From: Camelus ferus
Taxonomy: Eukaryota
Assembly: GCF_009834535.1 (NCBI RefSeq)
Contig: NC_045696.1
Location: forward strand, 12,464,001-12,528,000
Length of the DNA: 64,000 nt
Direction: 5' to 3'
Position 1 is the first letter of the stretch, and every line of letters begins with the position of its first letter. Below, one piece after another: positions 1 through 13,977 of the stretch. The notes beneath the pieces were generated by a model. That model was not told the DNA's origin. It ran no database searches and worked only from the letters and a program-made list of their open reading frames with translations. A program made the position numbers and the translations under genes.

Positions 1-2234
1 AAGGCCACTGGAATCTGACAAATTTAAGTCTCTTGGCTGCTTTCTGCTTCCCACCTGTTTAACCTTACATCAGTTGCTTAACCTCCCTGAGTCTCACTGT
101 CTTCATTTGCAAAATGAGAGTCTTTGGGAGAATGTGAAAATACAGATTTACCAAAATGATCTAAGCCTTATAGGACTTCTTTCTCTCTAAGTTACAGTCA
201 AAAGTTTCATGAAATTTTTCCTGGTCATCCAAGTTGGAGCCAATTGTTCCTTGTCCATAAACTTAAGGAGGTTAATGGTCAATTTGCACTTATTTCACTC
301 CGCCTTATAGTACTTACATTCCTTCCCTCACCTCATTTGTGTATCACTCTTTTTGCCAATAAAATACAATTGGCATTTACTGATCACATACTGAAAGCCA
401 GGCTCTAAGTGCCTTGCTTGTATTATCAAGACTTCACACCAACCCGGGAGGTAGATTATCTTCAGCATCATTCTAGTTTTGCAGATGAACAAACGAGAAC
501 CCAGACAGGTTAGGTACAGAAATTATGTAAAATTACTATTGCAAGTTGCTAGGACACTCACTGGTAGCAGGTGACCTACAAAACTGATTTACTATGTGCA
601 TTAGCAGTTCTTTCCTTCTGGCATGAGTTAGTCACACTTCTTCTGCACAGGCTTTCAATTAAGGTTACTAACGGGTGTGTCCAGACCCATTAATTAATAA
701 TTTACTCTTATCCCCACTAAATGACATTTCCAACTATCTAAAAATGCCAGGGAGTATGGATTTTTTTTTATTTAGAAGAAAAAAAAATCTTTATTTGCAG
801 CCTAGCATCTCTTTACCTACTATGTAATGGGTATTCCAGAAACCCAAAATGCAAATTGCTCAGAAGCTTTTCTGAGTCCAAATAGATAAATAAATTGTCC
901 AAGTGTTGTTGACTATCTCAAGTCCCCTAGAGATGATTCATTTGCTTGTGGCAATTAGATATGGTCTACTTTGGTGTTCTCTGCACACAGGACATACACA
1001 GAGAGAGTTTTAATCAAAGGATAAAGAAACTGTGATGTTGCAAGACAATTTTCATGCCAGCCCCAGATGTAGCTGGCAAAAATGATCAGGACTATTAAAC
1101 AGAGGTGTTCTCTCTTCCATCCGAATGGACATCTGAGATTAATAGAAGCTTTTCAATAGCTGAAAGTTTACAGATTTCAAAATACAACCTCTCAGATCTT
1201 TGAAAGGAGGACTCAAGGATTACATAGCAAATACAATTCTCATATTGTAAAAAGAGACTCTACTTTCCTGAAGTCAAATTCAGACAAGGTAGACAAAATG
1301 TAAGAAGAATAATGTAAGACAAAATGTAAGACTTTGTAACCATGAAGGCCTATCAAGCTTCTTGTCCCACCCACTGCTTCATTCAGTGGGAAACTGCACC
1401 CTCACACCACATGGCCAGGCCAGGGAGCAACACTAGGGGGTTCCTTACATGTAGATGGCTTTTTTCTGTGACCCAGCACACCTGGTGGAGTCAAGGTAGC
1501 AGGGCTGAGAATCACAAGGTTTGTCATCCCACCCAGTAAGTGACCCGAGATAACTTGATTGACTTTTTTTTTCTCTTGGGGACAATGCAAACCAGAAATA
1601 CAAGAGGAAAGGCAGTCAATTGGTAGAAGGTGCAGAAGATGAAAAATATATGAAGAATGGGCAGTGTGGACACCATAATACAAAAGAAGCCATGGGTGAG
1701 AAAGAAGGAAAAGAGATAAATGGGGGGGGGGGAGCACAGAATACGGGAAATAAATGTAATGTCACTGCAACAAGGGGCGGGGGGGGTCGAGCATGTTGGA
1801 AGAGCACCAAGTTCCTGTGGCTGAAGACCCAAGATACCTTATCCATTAAAGGCACCACACCAGACACTCCCACTTCCGGAACTGGGGCAGTCACCACAAG
1901 GGCAGGCCCTACAGCTGTTCCTGGGTTGCCTTGAAACTGGCTGTGAAGCCGAATGCTGGCTTCTTTATCTCCATGTGACTCTTCACGTAAAAAGTTAAAT
2001 TAAAAACATTAAAAATGACTTGAGGTAATCTGAAAGAGTCATCTTTGCCCCTAAAAGAAATTGACACTTGTCTGCCTTCTTGGTATACCGAGCTAATTTC
2101 TTCTACGGTGACACAAAGGAGCACAATTATCGATGTCTATCACAACTGATTCACAAAGGAAAATGTTTCAGTAATTAGCATTTTAAAACTTGAAAAAAAA
2201 TGAGATGATTGTTTTATTACTTTTTTCCTCACTC

Positions 2235-3415
2235 AACTTTTTATTTTGAAAAATTTTTAAATTTCAGAAAAAAGGGCTTGTGCAATGAACAACATTTATT
2301 CCTCAACCAGATTCACCCATTGTTAAAATTCTGCAATATTGGAAAGTAAGTTTGAGACAATATAACATTTCACAGTAAATACTTTAGCAAGTATTCATAT
2401 TCATATATGATCTATATGAGATCATATAGATAAGGACATCCTTCTGCCCAACAACAATACCATTATTGCACCTAAGAACACAAGTAATATTATATATAAC
2501 AACTTTCTTCTTCTTTTGTTCTTTTTTTTTTAATCCAGGTTACAGTTGAGTCACATATTGAACGTGGTTGATCTGTCTCTTTTCATATGGGACAGTCACC
2601 CAAAGAGTCTTAACCAGTCATAAAATGTCCCACATTCTGAATGTGCCTTATTGATTCTTTTTGGAGTTATTTATCTTGCTCCTCTATTTCCTGTAATCAG
2701 GAAATTAGGTTTAGAGATTTGATTAAATGCAGGTAAACATTTTTTTGAAACAATACTTCACAGGTAAGGTTGTATACTCCATACTGCATTCCTTCAGGAG
2801 TCTTAATATCAAGTTATCTCACTAGTAATTATATTGAATTTGTTTGTTTTGAGGGGAGGTAATTAGATTGATTGACTGATTGATTTTTAGAGGAGGTACT
2901 GGGGATTGAACCCAGGACCTTGTGCATGATAAGCATGCTCTCTACCACTTGAGCTATACCATCCCCCTGAATTTAATCACTTGGTTAAATGTCAACATTG
3001 TCTACCATTATAGAGACACATATTTTTCTTTGCAATTGTGAGGTGATAGTTTAACACTGTGCCTCATGAATTTTTTACTCAACAGTTATGGGATGTTGGA
3101 TACTTACCGAATCAACTATTTCACTAATTTCTCCCTACGTTTGTTCACTAGAATATTGTCTTGATTAAAAAGTGTTTTTATTGCCCTCTCTTTCTTCTCT
3201 CTCTCTCTCATTATGCCTGTTTTAAAACACCAATGTATTGTACTCGCTGTCAGTCTTCTTTTTGTTGCTTTTTATTTTCCCCAAATAGGCCCCCTTTGAC
3301 GTGATCTCATTAGCCTTCAAGTTTTTTCTTGTTTTCTGGTATAAGAAGATGACCCAGGATTACCCTGAACTTGGCCCCAGACCGAAATCAGTAACTTCTC
3401 CATAGTTATTTTTAT
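2235..3415 (-). mobile_element. Ancient L1 3'-end fragment (L1MC/ME-like), interrupted by a SINE
   Basis: T-rich start and motifs such as 'accagattcacccattgttaa' and 'aaggacatccttctgcccaacaacaataccatta' resemble old L1 3' UTR; boundaries approximate. Confidence 0.55.
2842..2967 (-). mobile_element. tRNA-derived SINE (camelid Vic-1-like)
   Basis: Minus strand reads GGGGGATGGTATAGCTCAAGTGGTAGAG...GGTCCTGGGTTCAATCCCCAGTACCTCC (A and B boxes), then an A-rich tail with CTAATTACCTCCCC; flanked by 'tgaattt' at 2835-2841 and 2968-2974. Confidence 0.9.
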
Positions 3416-4574
3416 TCACCTTTAAAAATATCACTATTTTTATATTATCACTTTGGATTTCCTACCGACTGGAAGCAGCAGTATCATAACTGCTGATAGT
3501 ACCATGTTTCTACCATTTTTGGAGCAACTGCTAAATGCTGAGAGGTTTTCTCATAGTATCTTGTGTAATCCTTGCAGGTGAGATAACTAATATTTTATTC
3601 ATTTTACAAATTGAAAAATAGAGGCATAAGGAAATGAAGGAATTTGCTTAAGGTCACAGAATTATGCACAAATCTGAAGCCCACATTCTCTTTTTGACTT
3701 TGCCAAGCTGTTTTCTCAGAGATTTACAGACAGGAACTACCTTAGGGGTTGATCTGGTCTGAAAAGATTATATGTATAAACATTCAATGTCCAGTTATTG
3801 AGAAGGTGAAATGCTAAAACAATTAGACTTAAATTTTAATATCAAATTTCTAAAGTTCATAATAAACCATTTGCCCAAAGAGCTGAAGGCTCAGTATATT
3901 GTCCCCTCAGAACATGTATTCTTACTTGAAAATGGTAGTGCTTCAGGAATATGAAAAGAAGTTCATGTCAAAGGTGTCTAACCAGCATTCGATTTATATT
4001 GGAGTAAATGCATACTGGTAAGGAAAGTGTCTCACGCCTCATCTGAACTGAATAAGTGATACTTTCCAGCATAATTAAATAGAAGAGTTAAAAAATTAGA
4101 GAATAAATTACACTAGATCATTTTCTACAAGTGATTTCCAAAAACATAATCAATGACCACATTATCTTGATTGTGTTGTCATTTCTCAGGCATGAAAAAC
4201 CACCTCATATTCCTGTAATTAGGCGTATTTGCTTTAACCACCAAAGCCTTAATCTTTTGAAAGTCATGACCACAGCAACCACCTCGGGTCAATTTCTGCA
4301 TGTAGAGAACAGTATGACCATTCCAGAAACACAGAAACCAAAAACCCTTCCATGATGCTCATCATACAACTTGTCACTATATAGTTTCTGATATTCTTTA
4401 CAAGCCTGAGTGTTTTATGCTATATCTCTACATACAGCAAGTGCCTTGCACCTAATAGGTGCTTTAAGAACATTTATTAAATTATTAGAAAGCAGCAATT
4501 CAAGTACTCATCATAGTAGACAGAACATCCATATTGTATTACTTGATAAAGCCATTAATTAAACAAATGTTTAT

Positions 4575-4934
4575 CAAATGTCTGTGTCCCTCCAAAATTC
4601 ACATGTTGAAACTCTACGTCAGAATGTGTTGGTGTTAGGAGGAGGGGCTTTGGGGATGCAGTTAGGATTAGATGAGGTCCTGGAGCAGCACCCTCATGAA
4701 TGGGATGAGCACCCTTTTAAGAGCTCCAAGAAAGCTTGCTTCTCTCTGCCCTTTGGGGCTACAATGAGAAGCTGGCCGTCTGCATCCTGGAAGCGGCTCC
4801 TCACCAGAACCCAATCACGCTGGCATTCGGATCTTGGACTTTCAGCCTCCAGAACTGTGAGAAATAAATTTCTGTTGTTTACAAATCACTCCATCTGTGG
4901 TATTTGTTACAGCGGCCCGGATGGATTAAGATAC
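4575..4934 (+). mobile_element. MaLR solo LTR (MLT1-like)
   Basis: 'tgtgtccctccaaaattcacatgttgaa' ... 'cagcctccagaactgtgagaaataaatttctgttgttt' ... 'taagataca' are MLT1 hallmarks; explains ORF 4578-4946. Confidence 0.85.
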
Positions 4935-4954
4935 ACATATAAGTGAAATCACAC

Positions 4955-5247
4955 AGCAGAGCTTCAGTTATGCAACATAAATAAGTCTTAGAGATCTAAT
5001 GTACAGCAATGTGACTATAGTTAACAATAGTGTATTGTACACTTGAAATTTGTAAAGAGGATACGATCTTAAGTGTTCTCACCACAAAGAAAGAAAAGAA
5101 ATGGTGACTATGTGAGGTGAGAAATAGGCTAATTCATTTGACTGGGGTGATTATTTCACAATGTACAAGTATATCAAAACTTCAGGTTGTATGCCTTAAA
5201 TATGTGTACCTTCTACATGTCGATCAAACTTCAATAAAACTGAAAAA
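4955..5247 (+). mobile_element. L1 3' UTR fragment (L1MA-like)
   Basis: 'agagatctaatgtacagca..gtgactatagttaacaata..gtattgtacacttgaaatttg', ending in 'caataaaactgaaaaa'. Confidence 0.85.
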
Positions 5248-5499
5248 TTATACAAAATATTAATATTTTGGACTTTAAAATCATTGCATTCTACATTTTG
5301 TTTATACATAGTAATCCTGAAAGTAAACAATGGTGCATTGCATGCAGTTCTAACTATGCCTCTGGGTATCCACTGGGCATCTCTTGATCCTCCTATGCTA
5401 AATTTTTACTTTGAGTGGACAGTTACACCAACTACAGCTTGAAAAGGGCATAGGAATCAGGAGCAAGACAGCCCAGGATGACAGTCTCGGTCACATTAG

Positions 5500-6155
5500 A
5501 AGGCAAATTCCCTAAGTCAGAAAAGGATAATAGGAATCTTGGATGGGTGGTGAAGGAGAAGATAACAAATATCAGTTACAGCCGTGGAACTAGTCACAGG
5601 AAGAGAAATGACTAGAGCTCAGGCCACCAGACTGAAGGCTGGATGCAGTGGACTCCATGCAGTATATCTGAGCCACAGAGGAGTGGCCTTAGGGAACACC
5701 TAGCGCTCCTGCAGGATGCCTTGGATCCCTTTTCTGTGAGCCCCGCCTCCAACTTTGGTGCCTGTTTTCTCCCAATGGCTAGCACTTGGCACAGCTCTTT
5801 GAAGAACTGCCCTTAGGAGTTGCAGGCTTGCCTGCGGTCTTCCCAAGGACTGGGGAGTTTTCATCCCTTAGAAGCAGCCATTAGCTGATGATTAAGAAAG
5901 CTCCCTCCACCAAAAAAAACAGCAAGCCCAGCTCCCTGGCCTCCAGGAGAGACAAACTGAGGCTTAACCCACACACCAGACTTCCCTGCAGAATCAGGGA
6001 AACCTCTGCTCTCCTCCACAGCCCACTGGTTTGTCTCTATCCCTGTCCCACAGCTTCTCCTGCCCTTTTACTGAGTTCTCCTAGGAACACTCCCTAATAA
6101 ATTATTTGCCACCAAAACTTGTCTCAACGTCCACTTTGGGGGTACCCACTCTAAA
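5500..6155 (+). mobile_element. ERVL-class remnant (internal end plus LTR16-like LTR)
   Basis: Ends in 'gaacactccctaataaattatttgc...tgtctcaacgtccactttgggggtacccactctaa', typical of an LTR16-type 3' end; 5540-5610 resembles the end of an ERVL internal region. Confidence 0.55.
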
Positions 6156-7580
6156 TCACCCTTCTTGGTCTCACTTTCAGGCAGCCCCCTAGAGACCCCC
6201 TTTCTAATTCGATAGTGACATAGGCAACCCCCTAGTGACTTAGCAAATGCCAATATGGCTTTCCAGAATACAGCCCGCAGAGTTTCCTCTCTTCCAAAAT
6301 ACTTCTATACTGAGGAAATATATACGTGTGCTTGTGTGTATTTTAAATGGCAAGGGAAAATGAGATAAAACCTTTTAATCCTCTGGAATATTAATTGCTT
6401 TTGCTGAGAAGTGATCCCCTTTTCCCATTTCCTTCTTACCTGCATGACTCTGCAGCCTCAGGGCACTCTTTTGTTCCCTGAATGAGCTCATAATGCCACG
6501 ATATCACTCTCACTGAGTGTTTAGTTTCGGAGGCTCAGTTGGAGCCTGCACTTGCAAGAAAACGTACTTTCCCTCTTGGTTCAAAAATGGGGTGACGGCA
6601 GCACTGTCTTCACAGCAGGGCTGTGGATTTGATTTGATTCCACCAGGTGGAATCCAAGGGGCGTGTCTGCTGGCAGCCTGTCTGAGCTCGTCCACACAGC
6701 AACTTCCATTCACTCATGTGGTCCGGGCAAGCCGACTGCCACAGGGAGAGGCTGAATCCAGCCCTTAGAATTAAAGGATTCCATGGCTGGAAAGTCACAC
6801 AAGCCACCCAGTCCAAGCCCTCACTTTCTGATAAGGAAAGTCACGTGAGGTTTTGGTGCCAGGTCTGAGTTTAGGAACCAGGGTGTCCATACTCCCTGCC
6901 CACTTCGCTGCTGGAAGGGACTAGATTTTGTCTCTTTCCCTTGAAAGAGGCCCCTTCAAGTTTCTGCCCATGACGGTAGTAATTTTTACCACTCCCTCTA
7001 TGGGAAATCAGCTGGAGCTCTTCCAGATGAACCACAGTTTTGACTTCTCATTCAGCAAACGTCTACAGTGGGTGACGTTAGGCACATCCATTCTATACCA
7101 CGTGGACCAGCAAGTGATCTAGTATATGAAATGCTCAGAGGCTGGCAGCCATTGCTACCCAATGTCATAAAGTGGGAACTCACTGAATCTAAGGCATGGC
7201 AGTTACATGGCCAGTTATGCTCCTGCGACCTGTACTAATGGCAATGTTATTTTTTTTCCTTTTACTTTCAATAGAATATTGAAAGTTTCATTTAAAAGCA
7301 AATTTATAAACAGTAGACCACTTTGATGATTTTCCTTATTCCAAGTTCTAGAGCTCTCTTGAGTTGAGGTAGCCATTTTTATTAGTAATGAAAACAGTTA
7401 TTATTCATAGTTATGAAGTAAATAATAAATATTTATTTTTTATTTAAAAGGATTGAGTTGAAAGCGACATTATGAGATTTCAGTTTCAGCAGGATGTTAA
7501 ACAGAAGTAGGGTTAAAAAAAGGAAGTAAACTGAACTTCTGGTCATTATAATTAATGGAAGTTATAATTTATAAAGCACT

Positions 7581-8046
7581 CTGATGATTAATTTTATGTG
7601 GCAACTTGACTGGGCCACAGGTTGCTCAGATATTTGGTCAACTATTATTCTGAGTGTTTTTCTGAGGGTGTTTCTGGATGAGATTAATAGTTGAATTTGT
7701 AGACTGAGTAAAGGAGCCTTTCCTCCCCAGTGTGGGTGGGCCTGATCAATCAGTTGAAGGCCTGAGTAGGATAAAAGGGCTGACCTTTCCCCAAAAAAGG
7801 GGAACTCCTCCTGCCTGACTGCCTTCAGCTGAGATATCATTTTTTTCCTGCCATCAGACTCAAATTCAAATATTGGTTCTTCCTGGGTCTCCAGCTTGCA
7901 GATGACAGATCTCGGGACTTAGCTTCCAGGATCACACGAGCCAGTTCCACATAACAAATATATATGGAATTGGATATATGGGATATAAAGTTATAGGTAG
8001 ACTTATATATCTTATTGTTTCTCTTTCTCTGGAGAATCCAAACACA
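7581..8046 (+). mobile_element. ERVL solo LTR (MLT2-like)
   Basis: Starts 'tgatgattaattttatgtggcaacttgactgggccacagg', contains 'caatcagttgaaggcctgagtag', ends 'ctctggagaatccaaacaca'. Confidence 0.85.
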
Positions 8047-8049
8047 AGC

Positions 8050-8235
8050 ACCTTCGATGTGCCAAGAATTATTGTTAATTTCACAACAAAGCAATAGGAT
8101 ACATATTATTACCCTCATTTTGCCCATGAGAAAACAGAAACTATATAAGTTTTAATGACTTATCCCGAGACTTCACAGTAAAGAATATTTCCAGGGTTCA
8201 CACCCAGGTCTGTCTGCTGTCCAAGCCTGCACTCT
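8050..8235 (-). mobile_element. MIR fragment
   Basis: MIR core motifs 'tattattaccctcattttgcccatgagaaaacaga' and 'ttcacacccaggtctgtctg'. Confidence 0.7.
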
Positions 8236-11200
8236 GCATAAGAGTCTACCTCCCCGAAGCATCACACCCTTTCCTTTCCAGTTTTACACAGGTCTTCCTG
8301 AAATGCCTTTGTGCACATTCCTGCTTTGGTAGTACAGTGGAGTGGTCAGGGTTGAACGGTTTCTTTGACGCATTGGGACCACGATGTGCCTCAGGACTGT
8401 TGCTCCTGACTATGAATGTTTTTCATACAGGTTTGTGCACGTAACTCTTTTAAGAAAGGACTGCTGTCCTAAATCTGTCCTGACCACAAGATATGTCCTT
8501 GAATACATTCTTCCCACTGATTTTCAGGCATAGATCATGCAGATCGATATGTTGATGCACTGATGTTAACAAAAAGCATGCATAAATTTAAACATACAAG
8601 CCTCAGGTCTGCTCTCACTCATAGTCCCTCAGCATCTCCATGGAACCAAGTCAAGATTTCCATTTGAGAACCAAGAGCTTTGCAAAGGATCTCTGTTTGC
8701 ATGTGGTAGGGTGCTGGATGTTTTGTCAGACACAAGACTTTCCTGGGCTCAATCGTCCAGATATTAATGCTGAGTTTCAAATACAGTGTTAGCAGAAGAT
8801 GGACAGATTGTTTCACTGTGTAGCAGTTTCATTCTGGGGAACTCTTTGAAGCCAAGGAGACGGATGCCTGCAACAGACACAGAGTGCAAAGTGTGGTCAA
8901 GGATGGCACTCACGTGAGACTCTAGATATTTTCAACTTGGCTATTTTTAAGTTAAGTGTCTTCAAATATGTCAAAGATATTTGTTCTAATTAAGAATAAA
9001 GGCCACGACTGAGTTGGGATTTTTTTTTTAAGTAAGTCAATTTTTAAAAACAACTGAATACAGCTGGAAGATTTTGTTCAATTATGAAAACCACATTTTT
9101 CCATCCTCATAAATGGCTAATCCAAATTTCTCCGTGTTTAAATACCGTGATACATATATGCATATCTAAATATCTGATCGGTATCAGTGTGACTAAATGT
9201 ATGTATAATGTGTATGATTATGTATGAATATATGCATATCAAAACCAAGTTTGGGAAATGTTAATCCCAAGGTCAGTTTTACATGGAAAATTCCAAATAC
9301 TTCATTAATAAGTGCCATAACTAGAATGTTTTCATTCTGATGCCAAAACAGAGAAGCAGTAAAATTAGTTATGTTCTATTAAAGGTATTTGCAATATTTT
9401 AGACAAAGAAAATTGTCATCTTGACCTACTAGTGACTTTTCAAGTCTAATAAATTATCTTTGACCAACTTGTTAAAGCAAAATTTCCGTGAAAACACTCA
9501 CTTATACACACTCTTGTTTCAGGATTTAAAAAAAGAAGAAGAAAAGAAATTGCTTATTATCTTAGAAAGCAGTGTTGTTAAGTGACAATTGGAATATCCA
9601 GAAATTTACAAGTCTAGAAGGTGAACTTGGAGTTGTAAGAGACATACAAGACATAGTATTGCCATGTGGATAGCCATTCAAACCCCAAACATTGGGAATT
9701 CATTCTGACCAGAGTATTTAAGGCTGGGAAAAACTGTGTAGATCAAAGATAAAGGTGATGATGTTAGAAAAGGTGTTATATAAGACTGGAGAAAGTATGA
9801 CATTTTTATGGAACAGTGAGCAAACTTTGACTAGAATTCAGTGTCCCAAGAAACAAGTCAATGAGTAGTCAGTTTTTTAATATGATATGGTACAAGTGGT
9901 ACTTGAGAAAAACTAGGAAAAGTGATGTCATAATTATAAGCCAAAAAGAGGTCAGATGGAAGGTTTCTGACACTCAAGACTAGGCTGGCTTTACCTGGTG
10001 TATGCCAACGCAGGACTCTGCTCGTCTTCATTTTATTTATCATGTTAAACTCACTTCTTCTGTGTCTACTTTTACCATTAGACTGTAAACTTCATGGAGG
10101 CAGGAACTATTTCTCTCTTGTCACTGTAACCACTGTACCATCTAGTACACTGCTTGGCAGAATAGTATTTGCCTAATACACAACTTTGAGTAAGGGAATA
10201 AAGAAAGGAATGAAGCTGTTACTGAATACAAGCCTATGAAATAATGAAGATTTGAACTACAGTGTTAGTTCAAATAGAAGATTTCATAGACAAAAATACT
10301 GAAAAACTGAAAGTTAGGTTAATATGTTTTTATATAGAAAATGCACGGAGGACTGAGACAAAAATATTAACAGTTTGCATCTGGACAGAATTTAGGAATC
10401 CGCATAGTGCTCTTACAAATAACAGTTTTGAGCTACTCTGCCCCAGGTCTTTGGTCCCAATAGTCAAAATATGTTGATGTCAGGGACAAAATCAAAGACC
10501 TGAATTGCAGCACAGATTTAAAAGACACGATAAATCAGTTGTGGTCAAGTTGAATTTGAAAAGAAGGCAGACTATTGAAATGTATATGTGTAGTAGTCAC
10601 GTAAACATGGAACACTCAGGCAAAAGCACAGTCTAGAGAGATAAATTTATGATCTTTAAGCCATGAAAATCATAAGAAGCTTTCATGAAAATCAAATCAG
10701 TTTAATAAACATGTGTTCATTCTCTGATTATTAAAAATTCACTTTAAGATAGGTATCAATTGCACGTGTCAACTTGTATATTCAAGTAAACTAAAAACTC
10801 TTATTAGTCTCAAGGTTAATACCATTTTTAATTAAAAGACGTGAATTTAGAAATGGAAGCAATGTCCTCAAATCCAAGTAACAGTGCTCCTATGCTAATT
10901 CAGCTTGCTTACTAGTATCTACATTCCATTGTAAAGCATCATTATAAAATTGCACTTTCTTTAGAAAGGAAGAAATCCCTGACTTTCCTCCAGGGGACAA
11001 GTACAATGCAGTGTTTTCTTCACAGTGGAAACATTTTCATGAAAAACCAACAAAACTAATGCCTATTTCTCACACACATTCATTATGAAGCCCTTTTGAT
11101 ACATGTGAGCATGGAAGTAAAATTTGTACTCTCTCTCTCTCTCTCCACTTCTAGCTCTATCTCTTTCTTTCTCCAAGAATTGAATCTGGAATCATTATGC

Positions 11201-11701
11201 TGTGTCCAATGATGTCCACAACTTTCTAAGCAAGTCGCACAATTGACTCAGAAAAGATGTATCATGTACAGTTTATAAAATCAAAACTACTTAAGATGTC
11301 TATTCCTATCTATGACCTACAAACCTATCTATCCTTTAAACTATATTCAGATTCTCACAATCCGATTTTTTTATAGTTTCTATTACAGTGCTCTCACATG
11401 TTTTTCCAACTTTTAATGAAGGAGCTTATGTTTTGGTCAAGATTATTGCTTATAATTCACTTTTCTGGTTTTCAAACACAGGGAAAAATTATTGAAACCT
11501 GTTCATCAATCACTTTGCAGCTTAACAAAACCTTGAAATGAAAAGTTTTCCAGAAGCTTTTAGAGTGAAAGATATGATCAAATGGCTTAAGCCAAAGTCA
11601 CTTTTTTTTTTTAAGAAAAGCATGATAGGCAATTTGTAGAACAAAATGATGTATTTTTTTGGAAGAAAATGTCCTTAGATAAATTAGATTAGAGTGCCAT
11701 T

Positions 11702-12414
11702 TCATTGAAACACGAACCACTGGTATATGGAATTTAATAGATGCCATCTGACTTCAATCCCATCCAAGAAGTTGTTACTGGAAGCAGCATAAGCACACCC
11801 ACAGGGCACCCGGCACTGTGCCACAGCCATAGGTACAGAATTAGCTGAAACAGTAGCCTCTAAAGGTGGCATGAAAGCAGTTGTCTTTCGAGTTTTGAAA
11901 TACTCTTGGACAGTGTGGTCTTTCCATCCTACACAGAATTCCATTTTAGAGCCTTTGCTAACTCTTTCCTCACCTTCGGATGTTTCTCTGGAATATGTAG
12001 TTTCAGAAGGGCTCTTCTCGTCTACAGGGACAGATCTTACATGTGGGGCAGGCATGCCCACCCGAGCGTAAGGAGGTGGACCAATGATAATAATGAAGTC
12101 CTCTCCCCTTCCTCATTCAAAACTGGTTCTCCTGTTGGCTGGCTTCAGGTCCCACCCAGAGTGATTGAGTTCGGGTGATTCTTTGAAAAATCTGTAGGTC
12201 TTGACCCAGAATGGAGCAGGAGGATGCTGGGAAAGAAGAAGAGATGAAAATAGATTCTTCAGGATTTTACTAGAGTCATCTATCTCTTCCCTTGACCTCT
12301 CTTGCTCCTCCTCCTCTTCCATCTCTTCCTCCTCCCTCTCCCCTACCTCTTCCTCCTCTTCTTCTCCCTCCCTTTCCCTCTTTTCCTCTCCTGCTCTCTC
12401 TCTCTCCCTTAAAC
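11702..12414 (-). pseudogene. Candidate disabled large exon with Glu-rich start; identity unknown
   Basis: ORFs 12113-12322 and 11702-12061 are in the same frame, separated by one TGA (12113-12115); the frame is open up to a weak 'ttctaatctcgag|gt' acceptor at 12414; CpGs more frequent than in the flanks; frame length alone is not beyond chance. Confidence 0.35.
12290..12410 (+). repeat. CT-rich low-complexity tract (poly-Glu coding on minus strand)
   Basis: Near-pure pyrimidine run 'ctcctcctcctcttccatctcttcctcctccctctcc...'. Confidence 0.9.
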
Positions 12415-13977
12415 CTCGAGATTAGAATGCAGGACCAGTGAAGGGAAGTGATGAGTCATAGTGCTGGGGACCCTGAGCACTTCAGCATCAGCACCAAAGT
12501 GTCAGCAGAAGAACAGGAGTGGACTGAGCCATAAAGTGCTACTCATTACAACAAATGAGTGTCAGAAACAAATGATGTAGGGGGGTTTGTTGGCCTCTGT
12601 GTTTATTTCAAAACTAGGAGCAAGAGCATTTTTATTTGGTCCCTTGTTTGAATTTGGTACCAGAAGACCAAGAGTGAAGTCGCTAGAATTATGACCCACC
12701 TGATATGGAGTCTTATTCTGCCTTCTGCAAGGCTGGGATCTTATCCACTAATACATTATAACTAGGCTCAAAATGGAAAGGCTTAACAATTGTTCTAATG
12801 TCATTAATACTATCTGTTTTCTAGGAACTGGAGCAGTGATCTCCAAAGCATGGCACATAAGTGACAGGAGATACAAACTAACTCATTGAGACATGAGAAC
12901 ATGTAGGAAGTTATGTTGATTTTTATACTAAAAAGGAAAAAGTTAACTCAACAAATATTTGAAGTATAAATAATGGCATCTTCACTGGGTCCATATATCA
13001 GGTGCCACTCATCATGTTACATGTATGAAATCTCCAGAGGGGACATATCATGACAAATAGAAGCTGGCAGCAGAACCTTCACTCATTTGATCACTTCAGC
13101 TTATTATGATCCAGTGTATCTAGACGTAATTGCTCTAACACTCACAAAGTGGGAAGTAGCTTTAAAAGATTTGGGGGGATTGAAGACACCACTAACAACA
13201 CAAGCAACAAGGATATGGTAGCACTGACCCTCCTACTTTGGGGACAAACTGTTTCTCAACCACATCATGAAATTTTTTTAAAAAATGACAATTTTTATCA
13301 GATATGACAAGAAACCCTGCAACTGAAATAATTAAAATTTATTTGAAATAAGGATTTACATCCACCAGTACTGGTAATAAAATTGGCTTGAGTGTATTCA
13401 CTAAAGATAATATGAATGGAGCCATCACAACAAGCAAGACATTTAAAAATATTGTTTACTTAATCTTATCCACTTTAGTTTCTATTTTGTGTTATTTTAT
13501 ATGAAAGGATTTCCACCCATATTTTAGACTTGAGAAGAAATTAGGGGTCTTGTATGAAGTTATTATTTTATAATAATAATCTGTTAGATTTGTAAAAATT
13601 GTAGAGTTTTTTTTTATTTTATCATTTACAAAATTCTCTCTAAAACTTCTCAGATACGTGGCCATGCAGATTTTACATGAAAATTTTCTGTGCTGGACAT
13701 CCCTATTGTGGGACAGCTCAAAATTAAGAGAAAATTCCTTCTTTTAACGAATTAAATAGTGTGTTCTTATAATTTTTTTTTCTATTTCCCAGTCATTCAA
13801 ATACTTTTCAGGTTAAATATTACCTATTTCTCCTATAGCCTAATCCTTATGTCCTTTGATATTTGATTCTCATCTCCACATGGACTCCAGTTGCCTCTCT
13901 CCAAATCTAAGCACTCAAAAAACATCCTTCAGGAAGGTATCTAACCAGCATAGCAGGGAGTAAATAATTATTTTCCT

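Noticed and set aside
2842..2967. tRNA-like sequences here and at 25741, 25952, 48597 and 57815 as tRNA genes
   Set aside because: They have SINE tails, flanking duplications and divergent stems; they are SINEs, not tRNA genes.
4578..4946. 122-aa ORF, and similar long ORFs at 34078, 36743 and 47809-48352
   Set aside because: They lie in or overlap LTR/L2-type or other repeat-like sequence, lack splice support and have lengths expected by chance.
8619..8867. Possible further minus-strand exon (tgttgcag| ... |gtgaga, 249 nt)
   Set aside because: Weak donor, the frames I checked are interrupted, and no donor links it to the upstream candidate.
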